A model generated the notes under the pieces. That model was not told the DNA's origin. It was given only the letters and a program-made list of their open reading frames with translations, and did no database searches. A DNA stretch of 62,916 nucleotides, the filler included, from Octopus bimaculoides (Eukaryota), in assembly GCF_001194135.2 (NCBI RefSeq). It is 7 parts of 7 records of this genome, joined end to end, with 100 filler letters (N's around TTAATTAATTAA, not from the genome) between each part and the next. Parts side by side here need not be neighbours in the genome. Positions count along the whole stretch, not along the records: positions 22,646 to 31,498 come from NC_069007.1; positions 31,599 to 39,400 come from NC_068994.1; 5 more parts are not named here. One strand, 5' to 3'. Shown here in pieces: positions 25,087-38,335 of this stretch. The position numbers and the translations under genes are program-made. How positions within the stretch are numbered: the stretch's first letter is position 1; each line of letters begins with the position of its first letter.

Positions 25087-26031
25087 CTTTCTCACTTCCC
25101 GAGCGTTAAACTAATATAACNNNNNNNNNNNNNNNNNNNNNNNNNNNNNNNNNNNNNNNNNNNNNNNNNNNNNNNNNNNNNNNNNNNNNNNNNNNNNNNN
25201 NNNNNNNNNNNNNNNNNNNNNNNNNNNNNNNNNNNNNNNNNNNNNNNNNNNNNNNNNNNNNNNNNNNNNNNNNNNNNNNNNNNNNNNNNNNNNNNNNNNN
25301 NNNNNNNNNNNNNNNNNNNNNNNNNNNNNNNNNNNNNNNNNNNNNNNNNNNNNNNNNNNNNNNNNNNNNNNNNNNNNNNNNNNNNNNNNNNNNNNNNNNN
25401 NNNNNNNNNNNNNNNNNNNNNNNNNNNNNNNNNNNNNNNNNNNNNNNNNNNNNNNNNNNNNNNNNNNNNNNNNNNNNNNNNNNNNNNNNNNNNNNNNNNN
25501 NNNNNNNNNNNNNNNNNNNNNNNNNNNNNNNNNNNNNNNNNNNNNNNNNNNNNNNNNNNNNNNNNNNNNNNNNNNNNNNNNNNNNNNNNNNNNNNNNNNN
25601 NNNNNNNNNNNNNNNNNNNNNNNNNNNNNNNNNNNNNNNNNNNNNNNNNNNNNNNNNNNNNNNNNNNNNNNNNNNNNNNNNNNNNNNNNNNNNNNNNNNN
25701 NNNNNNNNNNNNNNNNNNNNNNNNNNNNNNNNNNNNNNNNNNNNNNNNNNNNNNNNNNNNNNNNNNNNNNNNNNNNNNNNNNNNNNNNNNNNNNNNNNNN
25801 NNNNNNNNNNNNNNNNNNNNNNNNNNNNNNNNNNNNNNNNNNNNNNNNNNNNNNNNNNNNNNNNNNNNNNNNNNNNNNNNNNNNNNNNNNNNNNNNNNNN
25901 NNNNNNNNNNNNNNNNNNNNNNNNNNNNNNNNNNNNNNNNNNNNNNNNNNNNNNNNNNNNNNNNNNNNNNNNNNNNNNNNNNNNNNNNNNNNNNNNNTAT
26001 ATATATACACATATATATTGCACACATACAT

Positions 26032-26079
<48 letters not shown>

Positions 26080-27233
26080 CTTTATATATGTACATATATA
26101 TAGATATGCAGAGAGATGGAGAGAGTTAATGAGAGATGGAGAGAGTTAATGAGAGATGGAGAGAGATCATCGACATGACGAAATTAATACAATTACTTTT
26201 TACTTCTACCATTACAAGAGATAAAGAAAGTGGTAGCTATTAGCTTCAGGACACTGCGCACAATAAACCTCTGCTTGAGCAACGTTGTCCAAAGTGTCCA
26301 TTGGGATTGCAACGTTTGTTATTTCAGTTTCTTCTCGAAAGACCGTCAGAGTAGACTGTTTTCTGCGATACATTACATATTCTAAGATAACCCATACCTA
26401 AAATTTTGTAAGTATTATTAAATCAGGAGAACGTGTAGAGAACTCGACTGTACGTTTCAACCCTACAGAGTGTGCTTGCAAATTCTAATCCAGGTAAAAC
26501 TTACATCTCGGCAGTAAATTAGTGTCTTGTTAAAAGAAAAATTCATGATGCCCCTGAGGTGAATGTATGTCATAGAATCTCTGCAGAAATAAGCTTCAAA
26601 AAATAACGTAAAGAGCAATGCTAACACACTAGAACGTGGTATTGATTTATAAAATCATTTGATATATTTTATAGTATATTTTAGGTGAATAACGAAATAT
26701 GACGTACCTACAATTCTTTAATATATTACATTCGTTTATTACAATCATACACAAAACGAATGCTAAAAAATTCAACGAAACTATTAGAACTATTGCTAGA
26801 ACAAAATACCAGAACACAAGGTACAAATATGGCAGATACATAGATAGCTAACATAAGTAACGAGATAAAAATGTTAAATTACTGGTTATGATCAATGCAT
26901 TTAGTAGGATAATGTTTCTCTTAAAAGGATATTTTTTTTTCATCGACAGTATTTGATTTGTGTATAGAGACATCTCGCATGAAACATTGCATTAGAGCCA
27001 TAATGGTGATATTGATAATCGTGATAAAAACATTCCTCCGCTCTCTGCCTTTCTCACTCTCTCTTTCACGTATTTGCATGTGTGTATGTGTTTATGTGTG
27101 AGTATGTATGTATATATGTATGAGTATGTATGCGTATATGTATGCGTGTATGTATGTATGTGTGTGGGTATGTTTCTATGCATGTGTGAGTATGTATATG
27201 TGTGTATGCATGCGAATATGTATGTGTGTATCC

Positions 27234-27264
<31 letters not shown>

Positions 27265-27325
27265 CATATATATATGTAGAGAGAGAGGGAGGGAGAAAGA
27301 CAGATACACACGTACATATATTTGG

Positions 27326-27402
<77 letters not shown>

Positions 27403-27636
27403 TCCGAGTTTGTATGATTATGTATAGAACAGTTATATTAATCAATGAAATTCCAACAAAGTCTGATTTTGAGGTTTCATTATTAACAATTTTCCAATTA
27501 TACAATTTTGAAATAAACTAGTAGTTCCATGTGTTACGCAATCATCAATTTTATGTAGTGACAACAGTCGTGTTCTACAAGCGACAACTGTAGTNNNNNN
27601 NNNNTATACATATATATATATATATAAGTGTATATG

Positions 27637-27677
<41 letters not shown>

Positions 27678-28842
27678 CTGTGCGTGTGTGTAAGAATATA
27701 TATGTATGTGTATATATCAATAATTTTAATGAAGGAATGGCGAAGTAAATTTAATGTTACGTACCTTTTGGTGAACCGACGTTTATTTTATAATACATAC
27801 ACTGATTCTTTAAATTTGCGAATATTTAATCTATGAAGAGTGTAACGTACCTAGCTATTATACAAGACCCCGACTCGTAGGGTGCTCCACTTTCAATTAG
27901 CTAATGAGTTTTCATTCATTAATTGATTAAACGGTATAGTTTGTACACCACAATTTGAAAACTTTGTCTGGTTCTTCCATGCATTGATGCTATGGTGTTT
28001 GTCTGGATTTCAATTTTGACTAGATTTACGCGTGTGGACATGCATTCGTGTGTGTGTGTGCTTGTATCTGTGTGTGCATGTGTTGATATCTCATATCGTT
28101 GTCAGACTATTGGCTCATGTTTCGCTGATGACGTTTGATTACACCAGAACATATGTCTTAGTGTCTGTCGTTACCTTCAGGACCAGAGCCACTCCCTCGC
28201 TGTAGTTTCCATATTTCTCATGATTTCAGTCTATTGATTTATTGATTAAAGTTATCTTCCATGGTTGTTGCTATGAGAATCAATAAATCCGTCATATATT
28301 TCAATATATACGTGAAACCATTCGAAATCTAATCGGAATTTCGATCTTCATCTATGGCACCTGACAAAATTTACTAGAGTTTTACACAGAATCTGCAAGT
28401 GCAATCAGTACGAATGTAATGTAGAAATAGGCACACATACACACCGATACACACTCACTCGTACACACATGCACTCACAAACATTGCATATATATGCATA
28501 TTTATGAGGAAACGTACGCATATAGCAGTGCATATTGTTCACCTGAAAACATTTACATACATGGCTACATTATAGGAATGCACACACACCCTCACACACA
28601 TACACAAACAGAAAAGCATCCACACATATGCACACTCGTGTGCATTTACATACGCACGGCGAGTAAAGCAAGTATTTCTGCCGTCGATTTTGACGATGTC
28701 TATTCCAGTTGTTCAATTAATTGGAATTCCTACTGATAGAATTATAATGTTTATGGTTGAGAACACGTACATGAATATAATTACAACACGACATAGATAT
28801 ATAAGGTTGAACACACTGACTTTGTTTCCTCATAACTCTTAC

Positions 28843-28972
28843 GATGTTGAAACTTTTCATTAAAATTTTCTGCAAATATCTTGCAGCTGATGAAGCTTAC
28901 AATTCTACAGGAATTCAATGTGGAATTTTCTTTTTCGTAGTAAGTAAAACTGTTCCGGATAACGCGCACGAA
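28843..28972 (-). CDS. candidate internal exon, 130 bp (unverified)
   Basis: cag| acceptor with a weak pyrimidine tract and |gtaaga donor. One open frame: [43 protein letters not shown]. Confidence 0.15.
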
Positions 28973-29078
28973 CTGAATTTATTTCCTCATAACATTCCGT
29001 GAAATACTCTTTTTCCTTTACAGATACAGAAACATACGCACACACATATATACATATATGTATACACACAAAAACACA

Positions 29079-29190
<112 letters not shown>

Positions 29191-29202
29191 CATACACTCG
29201 AC

Positions 29203-29342
29203 GGGCCCTCTTACAGTTTCCATAAACCAAATCCACTCACAGGGCATTGGTCGACCCGCAGTTATAGTAGAAGACACTAGTCTGGGGTGCCACGCAGTGG
29301 GACTGAACACGGAACCATGTGGTTGGGAAGCAAGCTACTTAC
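29203..29342 (-). mobile_element. SINE family A 5' half
   Basis: cgacgggc...aatccactcac...tatagtagaagacac...gtgccacgcagtgggactgaacacggaaccatgtggttgg. Confidence 0.8.
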
Positions 29343-29344
29343 TT

Positions 29345-29460
29345 GTAGAGCTTTAGGTCTTTTCGCTCAATAAAAACTTACAACGCCCGGTTTGGGAATC
29401 GAAACCGCGATCCTACGACCGCGAGTCTGTTGCCCTAACCACTGGGCCATTGCGCCTCAA
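29345..29460 (-). mobile_element. tRNA(Arg)-like SINE head (family E; possibly octopus OR type)
   Basis: Minus strand gaggcgcaatggcccagtggttagggc..gactcgcggtc...ggtttcgattccc with A/B boxes and a TCG anticodon-like loop. Confidence 0.6.
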
Positions 29461-29481
29461 CACACACACACACACACACAC

Positions 29482-29526
<45 letters not shown>

Positions 29527-29599
29527 TGCTAGGATATGTAAACGTTTTTTTTTCTTTCGTATTTGCTTATCTCATTGTGAAATTTTGTAAGGTTGAACA

Positions 29600-29740
29600 G
29601 TTTGTCATTCGACTTTGCAATTTTATCCTTTGGGGTCGATGAATTAAGTACCAGCTGTGTACTGGGTTCCATCTAATGGACTAGCCGCCTCCCCACCCCA
29701 CAAAAAGTATCGGACCTTGTGCCTAGAGTAGAAAAGAAAC
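29600..29740 (+). mobile_element. SINE family B 3' half
   Basis: tcgactttgc..atcctttggggtcgatgaattaagtaccag...gaccttgtgcctagagtagaaaagaa. Confidence 0.75.
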
Positions 29741-29902
29741 GAATATATGATTGTATGCGTGTGTATATAGATATCTGTGTGTGTGTATAAGCGTGTGCAT
29801 ATATATGTCATGCGTGTGTTACAGGACCCAAATAAGGGCCTTTTTTCTCTGATGGCTCCCTTGTATATCTATGCATAAGCATATATACATACATATATAT
29901 GT

Positions 29903-29967
<65 letters not shown>

Positions 29968-30804
29968 CATGAGTGTTTATACATCTTTGTTCTTTTGGAA
30001 TACGTTATTATTAAGGTTCATTTTATGTGGTTTATGTGTGTATATGTGTTTGATGCCACCTTCTCTTTGTCTCTCTCTTTCTGTTACACTTTCTCTCTCT
30101 CTCTCTTGCTTTATAGACAGCATACACACACACATGTATTCGTATACAATCACACGCATACATTTACATTGATATTCACACGAATCACTCCACAAATGTC
30201 CCTTATCATACATTATATTGAAAAGAAACGCATATGAGCAAACTTATAAATCTATGCACATATATACACATAAGCCACACAATATGTAACTTAGTAACAT
30301 CTATCGGACACAGATTTTTCAACGCATATATATATATATATATACATGTGTGTGTGTGCGTCGGGTTTCTGTGTGTGTGTAAAAAACATAAATGTATACG
30401 CACATACAAATTACTAAAGAAAATGTCCTTATCAAAACCTTATTATAAACACACAAACATATATAGACACGTACATGTACACACACACACATATACAAAC
30501 ATGCAATCCTAGGCTGATTATGACAAACAGCTCAATCTTGGAAAACTTAAAAATGAAATAATTCGCAAAATAACGAACAAAAAATAATGTTTTGAAAAAT
30601 GGTGGATTTTTAAAAGGCGAAATATTTGCACTTATAGAAGTCACATTTGACATGCTGGTTATTAGTGGAGAAAATTAATTAGTTTCAAAAATACAGCTAA
30701 TTAATATTGCTTCATGAAGGGGTATGATTATATTTATCCAATCATCATTATTATGTTTCTGCAATTCTTATTATATGATTTATATTAAAAATGTGATGTT
30801 TGAA

Positions 30805-30839
<35 letters not shown>

Positions 30840-31125
30840 GATTATTATTATTACCATTATTTTTATTATTATTACTATTATCATCATTATTATTATTTAT
30901 GTTATTCTTAATTACATTATTATTACTATTCAAGTTATTATTAATATCATTATTATTGTTATTTTTATTATTATTATTATTATTACGACTACTGCTACAA
31001 CAACTGTTGCTGCCGCTACTACTACTACTACTACATCATTATTTTTACTATTATAATATTATTAATATCATGATTATTATTAATATTATTAACAATTTCA
31101 TTATTGTTGATGTTGTTATTATTGA
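30805..31125. repeat. degenerate (ATT)n/(ACT)n microsatellite
   Basis: Directly visible. Confidence 0.9.
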
Positions 31126-31414
31126 TAGGGAATGTAATTTATTTGAAGTCAGTGTTACATCTCGCAACACGTCTATTCCAGTTCGAAATATTAATATCTT
31201 ATTAACTTATTCTTTATATTCTCTTAGTTTTTAATTTTCTTTTAATATCAGTTTGGATTCCATGTTGGTTTGCATGTCAGCACGCTGTTATATATATTCG
31301 CCAATACCTACATAAACTTCACTCCCATCTCCTTCGTACTCTCTCTGTTAACCCCTCGCATTCTCTCCCACACCCTTCCTACTTATATATATGTGTGTGT
31401 GCGAGTTGTGTGTT

Positions 31415-31454
<40 letters not shown>

Positions 31455-31598
31455 TTTGTATGCATAATAATGTATATATACACATAAGACATAAATACNN
31501 NNNNNNNNNNNNNNNNNNNNNNNNNNNNNNNNNNNNNNNNNNTTAATTAATTAANNNNNNNNNNNNNNNNNNNNNNNNNNNNNNNNNNNNNNNNNNNN

Positions 31599-31658
<60 letters not shown>

Positions 31659-31723
31659 TGTGTACACACACACATACATACATACACACACACATATATA
31701 TATGTATATATATATCTACATAT

Positions 31724-32955
31724 ACAAAGCAAACTGGAAGTTGATTGCGAAAGAGATCCTTGAACAGCATATCACTAAATGTCTCTCCACACCAGATATT
31801 GACATGAAACGCAAACATTTCATGACCATAATGCAAGCCATATGTAACAGATCTGTCCCAGAGCACAAGGCCAACATACACAAGAACAAGATCCCTAGGG
31901 AAAGGAAAATTCTTATGAGATGACGGACAAAGATTGTGAATTATCTGAACAAATACCTCAAAAGTAGTGAAAAGTCCTACCTGCAAAGAGCACTGTTGGA
32001 GATTGAGAAAAGTCTGCATCAGTCTCACATAAAAGAGGGAGCAGGTAAGGAAACCAGGGTTATAGAAAATATCAATTCGAACCCTAAAGCTTTCTTTAAC
32101 TTTGCCAAAGAAACAGCCTCAGTACACCACAAGATAAGGCCTTTCCTCCTAAAAGATGGCTCCCTCAAAGGAAACCCAGTGAGGGTAAGTGAAATACTGA
32201 AAGAATAGTTCCTAAGTGTGCTCACTACTCCTCTAGGGCAGAGGCAAGTGAAGAAACCAGCAGCCTTTTTTGCCACTTTACCTGTAACCAAAGAGGTGAA
32301 AATTGATTACATCAGCATTAAAGAAGATGTAACACAGGCCATAGATGAGGTTGGCACAAACTCAGCTGCTGGCCCCAATGGATTCCTAGCAATTCTTCTC
32401 AAATTGTGTGCAAATGAGCCCTTGCAAAATCACTGCAGCTTCCTTTTTCAGATCTTTCTTGCAAATGGTAAGCTCCCAAACATACTGAAGGAAGGGATAA
32501 TATGCCCTATCCACAAAGGAGGAAGTAGAGCAGGTGCTAAAAATTGTAGGCCCATCTCTCTGACCTCACACATCAGCAAAGTCACGGAACAAATAGTTCG
32601 CAAGAAACTAATCATGTTCCTTGAAGAAAATAACTTGTTGACCGACACCCAGCATGGCTTTCAACCCGGTAGAAGTTGTCTGATACAGTTCTTACAACAT
32701 TACAACTGAGTGTTAAAACAGCTGCTGAATGACTCAACTTTGCAAATGATATAATATGTATGTGACATATCATATCATGTTACCATATGTCACAAACTGC
32801 ATGATCTCAGCTTAGTAGGAAAACTTGGAGAGTGGCTACATAACTTTCTAAAAGATGGATGTCGGATAAGGAAACACAAATAGTAAGTGGTGTTCCACAG
32901 GGCACTGTGTTAGGGCCACTGCTGTTTATTGTGGTCCTCTCAAACATGCCCTCCG
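31724..32955 (+). mobile_element. CR1-group LINE ORF2 remnant (pre-RT linker and RT domains 0-4)
   Basis: KANWK...NPKAFFNF...SAAGPNG...IICPIHKGGSRAGAKNCRPISLTSHISKVTEQIV...TQHGFQPGRSC, then SGVPQGTVLGPLLF. Contains stops and deletions. Confidence 0.85.
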
Positions 32956-32974
32956 CTCTGCCTGCACTCTTAAC

Positions 32975-33520
32975 ATGCCTGTGCTCTAAACCACTATGCC
33001 ATATGCCTGTGGGCAATTATGGAGTGAATTTTAGGGCTTATAAATCTAACATTTTCCTGTCCTTCTTTAATACTGGTTCCTATATTCTACTCATATCTAC
33101 ACTAGGTCTGCTTAGCAGGTTATTATATCCTAGCATATGTGCTGCTTTTTTTAGTTAAAATAATAGACAGAGAACATCACTGGAAAATACAAAAACTAAA
33201 AGAGGCAGCACATATGCTAGGACATAATAATCTCCAAAGCATATGGGAACTGATATTAAGGAAGGATAGAAAAATATTGGATTTATAAGCTCTAAAATTC
33301 ACTCCATAATTGCCCATGGTCATATGGTGTAGTGGTTAAATGCGTGGGCTACTAACCCCAAGATTTTGAGTTCGACCTGAATAATAATAATAATAATAAT
33401 AATAGCAACAACATTGGAAAAATACCTTAGGAATGAGAACCCAGTTTCAAAATTCCCCCAGGACGCCTGATGAAGGCTGGAGGGTATATCAGACGAAACA
33501 TTTTGTTAACAACAAACGAG
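32975..33520. mobile_element. Penelope-like element 3' end and pLTR as an inverted pair (minus arm 32975-33160; plus arm 33165-33520)
   Basis: Arms are reverse complements. The plus arm reads IDREHHWKIQKLKEAAHMLGHNNL..SIWELIL (GIY-YIG C-terminal-like), then a tRNA-like module, (AAT)n, and cctgatgaaggctg...cgaaac. Confidence 0.65.
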
Positions 33521-34110
33521 GTATATGTGTGGAGACAAGCCAAAAGAAGCATTTGACCCTGACTGCCTTCTTCCAACTGTTAAACATGGAGAAGGATCTG
33601 TGATGATTGGGGGTGGGGGGCTGTATCTTGGAAATTTGTCAGCCCAATGCTTTTCCATCATGGCAGAAATAATAGTCAAGACTATTTAAGCATCTTATCT
33701 GATCAAATTTATCCTATGGTTGCGGAACTGTTTCTGGAGGGAAACATAATCTCTCAGGATGATAATGTACCAATTTACACAGCTAAGTTGTTACTGAATG
33801 GCACAAGGAACGTTCTAGTGAAGTTGAAAATTTTATCTGGCCACCACAGTCCCTAGATCTCAATATTATTGAACATTATGGTACATTTTAGAAAAACAAG
33901 TACAGAGTCAAATATCCTCCACCATCATCACTACAAGAACTGGAGACTGTTTTAACTGAAGAATGGACAAAAATACCCTTGGAAACAATTCAAACTTTGT
34001 ACGAGTCCATACCTTATAGAATTCAAGCTGCAATTACTGCCATAGGCTGTCCTACCCTATATTAAAATAAATTTGTTTGAAATCTTAAGATGTTTCCATT
34101 ATTTTGTCTA
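33521..34110 (+). mobile_element. Tc1-family transposase C-terminal remnant with 3' TIR
   Basis: VWR..EAFDPDCLLPTVKHGEGSVMI...QDDNVPIYT...WPPQSLDLNIIEH...EEWTKIP...LYESIPYRIQAAI; ends tttccattattttgtctaacccct. Confidence 0.85.
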
Positions 34111-34128
34111 ACCCCTCTCTCTATATGT

Positions 34129-34192
<64 letters not shown>

Positions 34193-34207
34193 GTATATGT
34201 ATTTATA

Positions 34208-34350
34208 TCATTATCATTTAACGTCTGCTGTCCATGCTGGCATGGGTTGGACAGTTAGACTGAGCTGCCATGCTGGAATGGTGCACCAGGATCCAATCTG
34301 ATTAGGCACAGTTTTCTATAGCTGGATGCCCTTCCTAACTCCAACCACTC
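34208..34350 (-). mobile_element. GAT-tailed retroposon family D fragment
   Basis: catttaacgtctgc..ccatgctggcatgggttggac...ctatagctggatgcccttcctaac matches 39190-39330. Confidence 0.7.
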
Positions 34351-34664
34351 TCTTCCCTCTTTTCTCTTTTCAAAAAATGTCTCTCCCAGCGTTCACTATT
34401 CTCGTTTCGTTCCAGTCTAACGACCCTCCATGTCTGTTTACGTTTGGTTTCCTAGTATGTCTCCACTGTTATTTTTTTGTTCCCAACTTTGACCCTCCAT
34501 AAATCCTAAATTTTATTTTAGAATTTATAGGAGCTACTGTCTTTCAAAACTCGTATTGTCATTTGAATGCTCGAAATGAGGAGTAGATAGACAGCTGACA
34601 ATTGATGAAGGGTCCTTTTTCTCTGTTAACTTGTCCTGTTTTCCATTTTTTTCTTGTTCTCTTA

Positions 34665-35085
34665 CTCTTTACTCTTTTACTTGTTTCAGTCATTTGACAG
34701 CGGCCATGCTGGGGCACTGCCTTTAGTTGAGCAAATCGCCCCCAGGACTTATTCTTTGTAAGCCTAGTACTTATTCTATCGGTCTCTTTTTGCTGAACCG
34801 CTAAGTTACGGGGACGTAAAGATACCAGCATCGGTTGTCAAGCGAAGTTGGGGGGACAAACACAGAGACACAAGCACATATACACACACACATACATATA
34901 TATATATACATATATACGACGAGTTTCTTTCAGTTTCCGTCTACCAAATCCACTCACAAGGCTTTGGTCAGTCCGAGGCTATAGTAGAAGACACTTGCCC
35001 AAGGTGCCACGCAGTGGGACTGAACTCAGAACCATGTGGTTGGTAAGCAAGCTACTTACTACACAGCCACTCCTGCGCCTATGTT
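34665..35085 (-). mobile_element. SINE family A, best full-length copy (~420 bp)
   Basis: Minus strand: tRNA-like head caggagtggctgtgtagtaag...gagttcagtccc, CORE-like ccttgggcaagtgtcttct, internal (TA/TG) microsatellite, and 3' tail ...gactgaaacaagtaaaagag. Confidence 0.9.
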
Positions 35086-35711
35086 GTTTACATATTTCAC
35101 TAGTTTTTCCCTAGCCCTGTAATCACTGTCCACATCTTGTATTTATCTCTGGTGTGTATGTCATTTGTACTATTGGTGACGTCCTGCACCCATACATGCA
35201 TGTATATTCTATTAGCAGTTTCAATCAGAAGCTGTGACTAACATGTAGCACACCCATTACTGATAATGCTTGTTTATTTGAGACTTACATCCTGGTCCTG
35301 AAGGAGTGAGTTGGATAGAACTACTCTTCTTTGCATTTCCTGCCATGATATGTGTTCTATTTGTATATAAGATAAAAATGTCTCTAGTTATTCTCTGATC
35401 ACAGATACATCTATGCTTCATAGTTGTTTGAGGCCTATTGGCAACGTATTGAGAATATATAGACATTTTTACTATATACATACATAGTAAATAAGTCTAT
35501 ATATACTGAGTATTCGAAATGTGTCCTAACATAATCCTTATTGTTCTTTGTACACCCTGTATATATGCAAATGTATATAAACATATGTATACATATACAT
35601 AGGTATATATACATATGTGTATGTATACATATGTATATATATATATATGTATATATACGTATATGTATATATGTATAGATACATATATGCATATCTACAC
35701 ATATATATTTG

Positions 35712-36075
35712 ACGAGCCCCACTGTTACCATTTCGAGCGTGGCCGTTGATCGTTACCAACGTTGCCTCCCTGGCACGTGGAAAGACATTCAAGCGAGATC
35801 GTTGCCACTGTCGATGGACTGGCTCCTGTGCAGGTGGGACGTAAAGCACACCATTTTGAGCGTGGCCGTTGCCAGTTCCACCTGACTGGCCCTCGTGCCA
35901 GTGGCACATAAAACACCCACTACACTCTCGAAGTGGTTGGTGTTAGGAAGGGCATCCAGCTGTAGAAACTCTGCTGGATCAGATTGGAGCCTGGTGTCGC
36001 CTCCTGGTCCACCAGTCCTCAATCAAATCGTCTAACCCATGCTAGCATGGAAAGAGGATGTTAAACGATGATAAT
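35712..36075 (+). mobile_element. GAT-tailed retroposon family D
   Basis: ...ggttggtgttaggaagggcatccagctgtagaaac...gcatggaaagaggatgttaaacgatgataatgatgat. Internal duplication of ccattt.gagcgtggccgttg. Confidence 0.75.
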
Positions 36076-36134
36076 GATGATGATATGTATATATACATAT
36101 ATATCAATCCCAGGCCTTTTTTTTTTGTTTTTCA

Positions 36135-36420
36135 AGCCTAATACTTATTCTATCTGCCTCTTTTCACTAAGTTACAGGAATGTAAATACACCAGCACCAG
36201 ATGTCAAGCTGTGGTGGGGGACAAACAAAGACACACACACACACACACACACACATGATGAGCTTCTTTCAGTTTTCATCTACCAAATCTACTCACAAGG
36301 CTTCAGTTGGCCAGAGGCTAGAATAGACACTTGCTCAAGGTGCCATGCAATGGGACTGAACCCAGAATTTTGTGATTGGGAAATGAAGCTTTCATTTTAC
36401 GATACACAGCTTATCACACA
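36135..36420 (-). mobile_element. SINE family A, degenerate
   Basis: Colinear with 34760-35060, with an internal (CA)n. Confidence 0.75.
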
Positions 36421-36851
36421 CAAAATGATTAACTTCCAAATCCTGCTTTCTGATTGGGTAAAAATGATCAAACTTTAAACTTCTGTAATATTTTACTAAA
36501 ATTTTTCTAGAATAAATGAATCATAAAATCGAATTCTATGTGAAAACTACATCAATATACCAAATTTGAGAACTTTTACTTCATTTTAAAATTTCAGAAT
36601 CTGTGTCAACAACAGAGAAGATCTCTGTTCGTCTATCTCTTTCACTTTTGCTTTTCTTGTTGCCAGTATATTTTTATTAATTATTTACATTATTTACATT
36701 TGATGGATATTTGTCCTCATCTTGTTTGTTGTTAACACGTTTCAGCTGATATACCCTCTAGCCTTCATCAGGTGTCTTGGGAAAATTTTGAACCTGGGTT
36801 CTCATTCCTGAGGTATTTTTCGATATCATCATCATCATCATTATTATTATT

Positions 36852-37073
36852 AAGTTAAAGAAGCGATTTTAAATTCTCAATCGCAGAATAATGCTAATAA
36901 TATAGCCTGAACAGGATAAACTATCCCTATTTTGCAGAGAAAAGTGTAGGTGGCTAGCTGTGGACAGCTAGCCACCTACACTTTTCTCTGCAAAATAGGG
37001 GTAGTTTATCCTGTTCAGGCTATATTATTAGTATTATTCTGCAATTGAGAATTTAAAATCACTTCTTTAACTT
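36852..37073. repeat. ~222-bp near-perfect palindrome (109-bp arms, 4-nt loop)
   Basis: Centre gctagctg-tgga-cagctagc. I count 4 mismatches between the arms. Confidence 0.95.
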
Positions 37074-37308
37074 TCTAAAAGATATCTCAACGCTTCTAAA
37101 AGCAAACTTCGTTTGTTTATTTACGTTTGTCGTAATTTGAATTTATTATTATTATTATTATTATTATTAAGGTCACTGCCTGGAATTGAATCAGATTGTT
37201 GGGGTTAGTAGCCTGTGCTCTTAACCACTATGCCATATATCTGTGAGCATAGAGGTTAAGGGCGTGGGCTACTAACCCCAAAATTCTAAGTTCGATCCCA
37301 GGCAATGA

Positions 37309-37352
<44 letters not shown>

Positions 37353-37408
37353 GCAACAACTTTGAAAAATACCTTAGGAATGAGAACCCAGGTTAGAAAT
37401 TTCCCCAA

Positions 37409-37454
37409 GACACCTGAGGAAAGCTGGAAGGTGTATCAGCCGAAACGTTGTGTT
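37409..37454 (+). ncRNA. minimal type I hammerhead ribozyme motif (Penelope-type)
   Basis: gacac-CTGAGGA-A-agctg(gaaggtgtat)cagcc-GAAA-CG-TT-gtgtt: 5-bp stem I, stem II, and palindromic AACGTT stem III. Confidence 0.6.
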
Positions 37455-38205
37455 AACAACAAACAAGATGAGGACAAATATCCGTCAAATGTAAATGTAC
37501 ATAATTCCTCATCTCTTAAATATAGAACTGTATTTCTATTAATATCTAGCAGTTTGATAAGTGCCAATGCATGAGATTCTCANNNNNNNNNNGGGCCAAG
37601 AATTTTGTGTGTTGCCACTTACCAAGTTTGTTAAGTGCCAACACATGAAACTCCCTATACATGAGTCACTTTGTTGCTTCTGCTATATATATATATATAT
37701 ATACACACACAAATATTCTATAATTATAAGCATAATTATAATCAGGGGTCAGTTAACTGCTTCACCACGCACCAAATTTAGAAATAGGAGTAAAAATGCC
37801 TTTTCTGCTACCATAGAGATCTCCCAGACAGTAACACACTTATGTGAACAATGTATTTATCCTCAATACCCACGTTTGTGCTACAAGTAATCCCGCAGAA
37901 ACTGCAGTTTTTGATCAGGGAGTAAATTATATTTCAATTATAATAATAAAAGGATAATATTAATTGATTAATTAATTAATTTTACCCTTTTATTATTATT
38001 ATTGGAATATATATATATATATATATATATATTGAAACTGAGTAATACCATCTGGTTGATAACTGATGAAGAATTAGGGACCTTCTGTTTTTGTTTTCCA
38101 TCTGCTTGTGCACTCAGTGTATGTTATTCCATTCATCTGTGCATTCATTATATAAGTTTTTGGTTCATGAATTTACTATACATTTTGTCACTTATNNNNN
38201 NNNNN

Positions 38206-38269
<64 letters not shown>

Positions 38270-38295
38270 CATCATCGTCATTTAATGTCTGTTGT

Positions 38296-38334
<39 letters not shown>

Positions 38335-38335
<1 letters not shown>

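Larger units (their letters stand above)
36691..37520. mobile_element. inverted dimer of Penelope-like pLTR fragments (minus 36691-36825 plus 37168-37240; plus 37245-37520)
   Basis: Same tRNA-like/(AAT)n/hammerhead cassette as 33320-33520, present in both orientations. Confidence 0.7.

Noticed and set aside
26111-26166. 20-bp tandem repeat gagagatggagagagttaat, about 3 copies
   Set aside because: Ordinary GA-derived minisatellite.
28255-28330. Minus-strand VYIEIYDG...GR resembling a CUB-domain strand
   Set aside because: Flanked by in-frame stops, no usable splice sites and no CUB cysteines; probably chance.
38064-38090. CTGATGA followed by an agaa/ttct stem
   Set aside because: GAAA is replaced by GTTT, so there is no hammerhead core.
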